Assembly: GCA_963663025.1 (NCBI GenBank)
Contig: OY760073.1
Coordinates: forward strand, 1,523,111 to 1,587,110
DNA: 64,000 nt
Direction: 5' to 3'
DNA from: Dehalococcoidia bacterium
GTDB taxonomy: Bacteria > Chloroflexota > Dehalococcoidia > Lucifugimonadales > JAGWBF01
Shown here: piece by piece, positions 58,872-64,000 of the stretch
Numbering within the stretch: the stretch's first letter is position 1
How the letters are laid out: each line of letters starts with the position of its first letter
Notes under the pieces: generated by a model
What the model saw: the letters and a program-made list of their open reading frames with translations, nothing else
Database searches by the model: none
Told to the model about the DNA's origin: nothing
Program-made: the position numbers and the translations under genes

Positions 58872-59264
58872 TTATCCCGATGACGGGCCCGGCGACGGCC
58901 TGTCATCTTCACCGCCCGGGCCGGGAGGGGGAATTTCGACCGCACTTGAGGTCCTGCTAGAGAAGATGCGCTCCTCCAACTCCCTGTCCAGCAGGGAAAG
59001 CTCCTCATCCCTGATGGAGCGGGCGGCCTCCATGCGGATGACCTGCAGTTGGCGGCGGTACTCAGGCTCTTCCAGGGTCCCCAGCTGGAACTCCATCTGC
59101 AAGGCGCGTATCTCCTGGTACATCTCTTCCCGGCGCCTCCGCTGCTCAACCTCGGTGGTCCGGGGAATACCTAGGCCACCTCGTGGGTCGCCTCGGCGGA
59201 AGAAGGGGTAAGCCACCATTACCACGGCGAAGATGGCCAGGAGGCTGACTATCAGAAAGGGCAT
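58872..59264 (-). CDS. CcmI N-terminal-like small membrane protein
   Basis: MPFLIVSLLAIFAVVMVAYPF...YQEIRALQMEFQLGTLEEPEY. Confidence 0.65.
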   Translation of the reverse strand: MPFLIVSLLAIFAVVMVAYPFFRRGDPRGGLGIPRTTEVEQRRRREEMYQEIRALQMEFQLGTLEEPEYRRQLQVIRMEAARSIRDEELSLLDRELEERIFSSRTSSAVEIPPPGPGGEDDRPSPGPSSG

Positions 59265-59368
59265 AGTCGGTCCTCGGTCCCTAGACCCTGCGGCCCATTT
59301 CCATAGGCGCCGGGGATGCAAGACCCTCCAGACCACAACTGGTCCAACGCCGAGGAGATTCTCCCAGC

Positions 59369-61387
59369 CTAGTCACTGCCCGTCTGCCCCACAGCACCAG
59401 TGATGCCTTCCACATCCCTGCGCCTTGACGCCAAGTCAAGGGCCGGAGCAGAGTCCGAGGCCCTTCGAGGCCACAGAGAGACCACGGTGCCCAGCATGAA
59501 CATAGGGCCCGCGATCCACATCCACCACACCAGAGGATTCACAAACACCCTGAAGCCCGCGCTGCCATCCTCGGAAAGCTCGCTGGGCACCACGTAGAAG
59601 TCCTCCACCGGCGTGGAACGAATGGATGCCCTAGTACTGGACATTTGGAAGTCGGGATAGAATGCCCTCTGGGGATGCATCTCGCCGATGAACTCATCTG
59701 CCTTGTAGGCTCTCAGGGTTGACACAAACTCTGTGCGGTCGCCCCGGAAACTGGACTCGGTGCCCACGTACTCTATGCGGTACTCGCCTATGACCGCGCT
59801 TTCTCCCGGTTGCAGAACCACATCTCTCTGGATCTCGTAGAACGACGAACCCACGATGCCCAGCACCAGCAGCAGAACCGACAGGTGCACGACGTAACCG
59901 CCGTAACGGGGGCGATTTCCGGCGATCAGCCTCAGGAAGGCCAAGGGATAGCTGTTCCCCTGCTGGCGCAACGTCCTGGTGCCCCTGTACCACTCGGCGA
60001 CTATTCCCGTGGTCACCATGGCGCATATGCCGAAGGCCAGCAGCGGGTACACCTCTCCTATCCCAATAAGACGCAAGATCACTATGACACCGACTCCAAC
60101 CCCAGCAGGAATAGCCAGCGCCCTCAACAGGGTGCGCGGCGAGGCCCGCCGCCACGGCATCAACGGCCCCACTCCCATCAAAAAGACCAGGGCCAGCATT
60201 AGAGGCCCGTTGACCTGGTTGTAGAAGGGCGCTGCAACGGTGACTACGCTTCCCCGGAAGGCTTCCGAGATCAGGGGATAGACGACTCCCCACAGGGTGA
60301 CGAAAGCGATAGCCAGGAGCAAGAGGTTGTTGACCAGGAAGGATGCTTCCCTGGACAGGGTGGATTCCAAGGTGGACCTGCTCTTCAGGGCGTTGTACCG
60401 CAGGAAGAATATGGCAAAGGGCACTATCACGCCGATTGCCGTGAACATCAGGAAGATCCAGCCCAGGGATGATGCCCCGAAGGAGTGCACCGATGGCACC
60501 GGCCCTCCGCGGTTCATGAACATGCCGTAGAGGGCGAGGCCAAAGGCGATGTTGATGAGCACGATGTTCCACATACGGAACATCCCCCGGCGCTTCTGCA
60601 CCATGATGGAGTGGATGAATGCCGTCAGCGCCACGAAGGGCATGAAACCGGCGTTCTCCACCGGGTCCCAAGCCCAGTATCCTCCCCATCCCAGGATGGT
60701 GTAGGCCCACCAGCCCCCAAGGAGCAGGCCCGATCCCAGCAGCGCCCAGCTCACTATGCCCCAGGTCCGCCCTGAGTCCACCCATTCGTCCCCGGACTTT
60801 CCTTCGATGAGGGCGCCAAGGGCAAAGGCAAAGGGTATGGCCACAGCCACCAAACCCGCCATCATCACGGGAGGATGGATGAACATGCCAGGGTGGGTCA
60901 GGAGGGGGTTGATTCCCTGTCCGTCGGAGGGTGTGAAGGACAGCTCGGAGAAGGGATTGGCCATGAAGTAAGTTACCGCCAGAAAGAAGGTGAGCACCAG
61001 CATTAACACCATGCTGGTGTAGGGGAGGAAGTCCTGCATCCTAGGAGGGGCCAGCTTCAGGGCAAGAGCCGACATGGCCGCCAGCACAAAGCCTATGTAG
61101 AGCAGTGAGCCTTCGTTGCCGGCATAGAAGGCCACCCAGGTGTATATTCGCTCCATCGCCAGGTTGCTGTTCTCGGCCACGTAGGCGATGCGGAACTCGT
61201 TGGTGAGAAAGGCTCCAACCAGGCTGATTACGGAGACGGCCAACGCCAGAACGACCACGTACACGGCAAGGCGGGAGCTTTCCAGGAGCTCGGGTATGCG
61301 CCTCAGGCGTCCCAGCCCGGAACCGATGGCGGAGTAGGCCGCCAGGGCGACAGCCAGGGCCAAGCTTATGCTGCCAAGGTCTGCCAA
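59369..61387 (-). CDS. ccmF: Cytochrome c heme lyase CcmF/NrfE
   Basis: GNEGSLL, IHPP, WGGYWAWDPVENA (WWD motif), SVHSF and NPLVWWMW. Confidence 0.95.
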   Translation of the reverse strand: MADLGSISLALAVALAAYSAIGSGLGRLRRIPELLESSRLAVYVVVLALAVSVISLVGAFLTNEFRIAYVAENSNLAMERIYTWVAFYAGNEGSLLYIGFVLAAMSALALKLAPPRMQDFLPYTSMVLMLVLTFFLAVTYFMANPFSELSFTPSDGQGINPLLTHPGMFIHPPVMMAGLVAVAIPFAFALGALIEGKSGDEWVDSGRTWGIVSWALLGSGLLLGGWWAYTILGWGGYWAWDPVENAGFMPFVALTAFIHSIMVQKRRGMFRMWNIVLINIAFGLALYGMFMNRGGPVPSVHSFGASSLGWIFLMFTAIGVIVPFAIFFLRYNALKSRSTLESTLSREASFLVNNLLLLAIAFVTLWGVVYPLISEAFRGSVVTVAAPFYNQVNGPLMLALVFLMGVGPLMPWRRASPRTLLRALAIPAGVGVGVIVILRLIGIGEVYPLLAFGICAMVTTGIVAEWYRGTRTLRQQGNSYPLAFLRLIAGNRPRYGGYVVHLSVLLLVLGIVGSSFYEIQRDVVLQPGESAVIGEYRIEYVGTESSFRGDRTEFVSTLRAYKADEFIGEMHPQRAFYPDFQMSSTRASIRSTPVEDFYVVPSELSEDGSAGFRVFVNPLVWWMWIAGPMFMLGTVVSLWPRRASDSAPALDLASRRRDVEGITGAVGQTGSD

Positions 61388-61390
61388 CTC

Positions 61391-61888
61391 CTAGTCCCCT
61401 TCCCGCCCGTCGCCAACGCCTTCCATCTCCGCATCGGCCATCGCCAGGTACTCTCCCATCTGCCCCTGTTCAGAATCTTGACCTGCCGGTTCGCCTCTCA
61501 CCCTCATGCTCCTTACAACCAGCAGGAGCAACACCAATGCCCCCGCTAACCCCACCGGCGGAACTACCCAGGCCAGCAGGCTGAACCCTTCCTTGGGGGG
61601 CGCCGCAAGGACAGCTTCACCGTAGCTGTCCACAAAGTATTGGAGAATCTGATCGCGGGTCCATCCATCCTCCAGCCTCTCCCGGACTACCGCGCGCATC
61701 TGGGCCGCAAGCTCCACCTGGGATTGGTCGATGGTCTCCCCGGGACACTGCAGGCAGATTAGCTGCTTGTCGATGGACTGGGCGCGCCCCTCCAGGGAAG
61801 GCGGAGCTTCCCTGGCGCAGGCAGACAAAGTTAAGAATAACCCCAGAAGGAGAATGGGAAGGATACCATTTCGCAGAGTCAGGTTCAC
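61391..61888 (-). CDS. ccmH: Cytochrome c biogenesis protein CcmH/NrfF
   Basis: LICLQCPGETIDQS...AQMR...YFVDSYGEAVLAAPP; start uncertain. Confidence 0.88.
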   Translation of the reverse strand: MNLTLRNGILPILLLGLFLTLSACAREAPPSLEGRAQSIDKQLICLQCPGETIDQSQVELAAQMRAVVRERLEDGWTRDQILQYFVDSYGEAVLAAPPKEGFSLLAWVVPPVGLAGALVLLLLVVRSMRVRGEPAGQDSEQGQMGEYLAMADAEMEGVGDGREGD

Positions 61889-61943
61889 AGCTCTGACATC
61901 ACCCTGGCCGGAGTGGCCCATGCAGCTTCACCGGCCCTAAGGA

Positions 61944-62573
61944 CTAGGGACAGCTATCATGGTCGTCTATGAGGCAAGCCCGTATGTAGGTGACAACCCG
62001 CCACCTATCGTCCACCGAAAGCAGCTTTGCGAAGGAGGGCATGACGGTTACGCCATTAGTTATCCAGCCGTATATGCCGGCGTCCGTCTGATCCACCACG
62101 TAGGAATCGGTCAGGTTCGGGGTTATTGTGTACGGCTGGGATTCGGTGCCGTAGCCGAAGGAGTCCTTCATGGTCTTCAGCACAGGTCCGTCGCCCAGCC
62201 CCTGGGCGCCATGGCAGAACACGCAGTTCGTGGAATAGATATACTCGCCAGCCGCCAAGACCGATTGACCGGGGCTGAACGGGTTCTCGCCCGTGCTCAA
62301 CTGCACCCCTGTAATGGGCACGGACCCCGCGGGAGCCGACAGCACCGGAGGTTCATGGGGTCCGTAGGACTGCTGGTAGTGCATCTCGTAAAAGATGTCC
62401 ACGGGATAGGTCCCGCTGGCGCAGCCGGAGGCTGCGAGAGCAACCACAACGAGCATCAGGGATGCCAGGGCTAAGGTTCGCCCTTTCGATATTCTCGAAT
62501 AGACGAACGCTCCACGGTCTTTGCGGCCCGTGGGAAGCCCGTTTCCGGCGTTCAATACCAGTTGGTCCTTCAT
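61944..62573 (-). CDS. Monoheme cytochrome c lipoprotein, ActE-like (alternative complex III)
   Basis: Lipobox ASGC, MHYQQS, CVFCH, GVTVMP; true start probably later than the ORF-track start. Confidence 0.8.
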   Translation of the reverse strand: MKDQLVLNAGNGLPTGRKDRGAFVYSRISKGRTLALASLMLVVVALAASGCASGTYPVDIFYEMHYQQSYGPHEPPVLSAPAGSVPITGVQLSTGENPFSPGQSVLAAGEYIYSTNCVFCHGAQGLGDGPVLKTMKDSFGYGTESQPYTITPNLTDSYVVDQTDAGIYGWITNGVTVMPSFAKLLSVDDRWRVVTYIRACLIDDHDSCP

Positions 62574-62578
62574 AGAAG

Positions 62579-63091
62579 CTACACTTTGCCCCGCTTGACA
62601 TCCTCGGCTCCAGCCTGGGTCAGCACCTGCTCCACGCGGTCAACCTCTTCCGGCTCGCATTCCACCAGCACGCCGACATAACCTTCGGTGATGCGGTCGT
62701 CGTACAAGCCCAAGGATGGCCTCGGCAGCCGCGACTCGAATATGATGCCCAGGACGGTGAACAGGATGGCCCCAAGCATCGTCCCTTCGTAGGTCACGAT
62801 CGCCATGGGGGGCAGGGACAGGATGGGCTTCCCTCCCGTCACCAGGGGATATGCCATCTGGGTCATCGAGGTCAGCAAAATGCCGGCGGTTAGCCCGCAG
62901 AGGGCACCGACGAAGGGAAACACGTAGAGGCGGTGGCTGCTCTCTTTTTCGCCAAATGCGCCCTCGGGATATGGCGCTCCTGTAAGGAAGTCGTAGTCGT
63001 TGTCGCTTATGCCCATGCGCTGGAGGCTGTCTCCCGCCTCTGCAGCATAGTTGGCATCGGAGTATAGGCCCAGTACACCTGTTTTAGCCAT
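62579..63091 (-). CDS. DUF3341/ActD-like subunit of alternative complex III
   Basis: APYP, YPLVTGGKPILSLPP and VTYEGTML motifs, with two TMs. Confidence 0.82.
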   Translation of the reverse strand: MAKTGVLGLYSDANYAAEAGDSLQRMGISDNDYDFLTGAPYPEGAFGEKESSHRLYVFPFVGALCGLTAGILLTSMTQMAYPLVTGGKPILSLPPMAIVTYEGTMLGAILFTVLGIIFESRLPRPSLGLYDDRITEGYVGVLVECEPEEVDRVEQVLTQAGAEDVKRGKV

Positions 63092-63149
63092 CTACCGCCT
63101 CCTTCCTCCACTTTCGTTCCTTGACGCGAATGGAGGAGTTTGCCTGCAG

Positions 63150-64000
63150 CTACTCCTCTCGGAGTACTGCGGGTACCTTTCTTCTACCGATTTGTATCTC
63201 ATCCCGTGCGATCTCCCCCTCCTTGATGTCGTAGAGAGGGATCAGCGGGAACACCTTGGCAAACAGCAGCATCAGCATGCAGACCAAGGCAAAGGTGCCC
63301 ATGACTATGACCACCTCAACCACGCTGGGTGCGTAGGTGAAGTAGGTGAAGTTCATGACCTGCTTTTGGGCGAGGCCGGGCACAATAATCAGGAAGCGCT
63401 CCAGCCACATACCGATGTTCACAAAAATGCAGGCGATGATCATCAGCCCCGGGTTCCTGCGCACGCCCTTGAACAGCCACATGCCTACGGGGATGAAGTA
63501 GGTGGTGCCCACAAAGGTGATGAACCACCAGCTCCACGGCGCTTGGGCCGATAAGAAGTCCTTGACGCTTATCTCATCGGCTTCCAGGCTGTACAGCCCG
63601 AAGAAGAACTCCAGGACGAAGAAGAAGAACCAGCCGGTGGCCACCACCATCAGCAGCCTGCCCAAGGCATCGAAGTGCTCGGGGCGTATGTATTCGTGCC
63701 ACCCGTACAGCCAGCGCATGACCGCCATGACTATCACCACGGCCGCCACGCCTGAATGGACGGCCCCGATGACGAAGTAGGGCGGGAAGATGGTGGAGTG
63801 CCAACTCTTCACCGAGATGGCCATGCTGAAGTCGAAGGACACTATGCTATGGACCGACACGAAGACGGGAAGGATCAGCGCCGAGAGCAGGATGCCTGCG
63901 ATTATCTGCAGCTTCCACTGCCTCGGATTTCCCCGCCAGCCCAATGCGAGCACGGAGTACATCTGGCGTCGTATGCCAGTCGAGCGGTCCCTTACGACGG
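63150..64000 (-). CDS. NrfD/PsrC-family quinol-oxidising membrane subunit (ActC-like), 5' part outside window
   Basis: VSVHSIVSFDF, WHSTIFPPYFVIGA and GMWLERFLII motifs; frame is open to the window edge. Confidence 0.88.
   Translation of the reverse strand, partial: VVRDRSTGIRRQMYSVLALGWRGNPRQWKLQIIAGILLSALILPVFVSVHSIVSFDFSMAISVKSWHSTIFPPYFVIGAVHSGVAAVVIVMAVMRWLYGWHEYIRPEHFDALGRLLMVVATGWFFFFVLEFFFGLYSLEADEISVKDFLSAQAPWSWWFITFVGTTYFIPVGMWLFKGVRRNPGLMIIACIFVNIGMWLERFLIIVPGLAQKQVMNFTYFTYAPSVVEVVIVMGTFALVCMLMLLFAKVFPLIPLYDIKEGEIARDEIQIGRRKVPAVLREE

Noticed and set aside
58859..59149. N-terminal extension of ORF 57569-59149
   Set aside because: It overlaps the CcmI-like gene in another frame, and the hydrophobic signal begins only after ATG 58858.

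Overview
GC-rich bacterial chromosome segment. Gene content (ACIII-type actCDE next to ccmHF, amidohydrolase/SMP-30/ALDH paralogues, a giant FN3 protein) suggests Chloroflexota (Dehalococcoidia/SAR202-like), possibly host-associated; this is inference. The housekeeping backbone is speED, lepA, oppDF, tRNA-Leu and tRNA-Lys, thiL-tsaE-tsaB-ndk, rsfS, acs, coaX-coaBC, gcvTHPAPB, a heterodimeric ABC exporter, a ROK kinase, ccm and act genes. Small accessory islets interrupt it, and I see no integrase or transposase. Main observations: (1) At three separate loci, cargo genes (a RelE/HigB-type TA pair, DUF262/GmrSD, McrBC, two related lipoproteins) are bracketed by diverged 140-170 bp direct repeats that copy the ends of the neighbouring housekeeping genes. 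One locus is an array with three junction copies. At another, every coding difference between the copies is synonymous, which suggests recombinase-free cassette accretion through homology arms. (2) A rhodanese-type sulfurtransferase has UGA at its catalytic Cys codon followed by a SECIS-like hairpin, so it is probably a selenoprotein. (3) REP-like palindromes of several families are present, including copies inserted in frame in thiL, coaX and gcvPA, and a REP doublet whose internal spacer is flipped between the two clusters flanking a 4.6 kb adhesin gene. (4) G13 and C12 tracts frameshift two cell-surface genes; this is either phase variation or assembly error, and a +1 frameshift in coaBC argues for caution. 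No CRISPR array or rRNA was seen.
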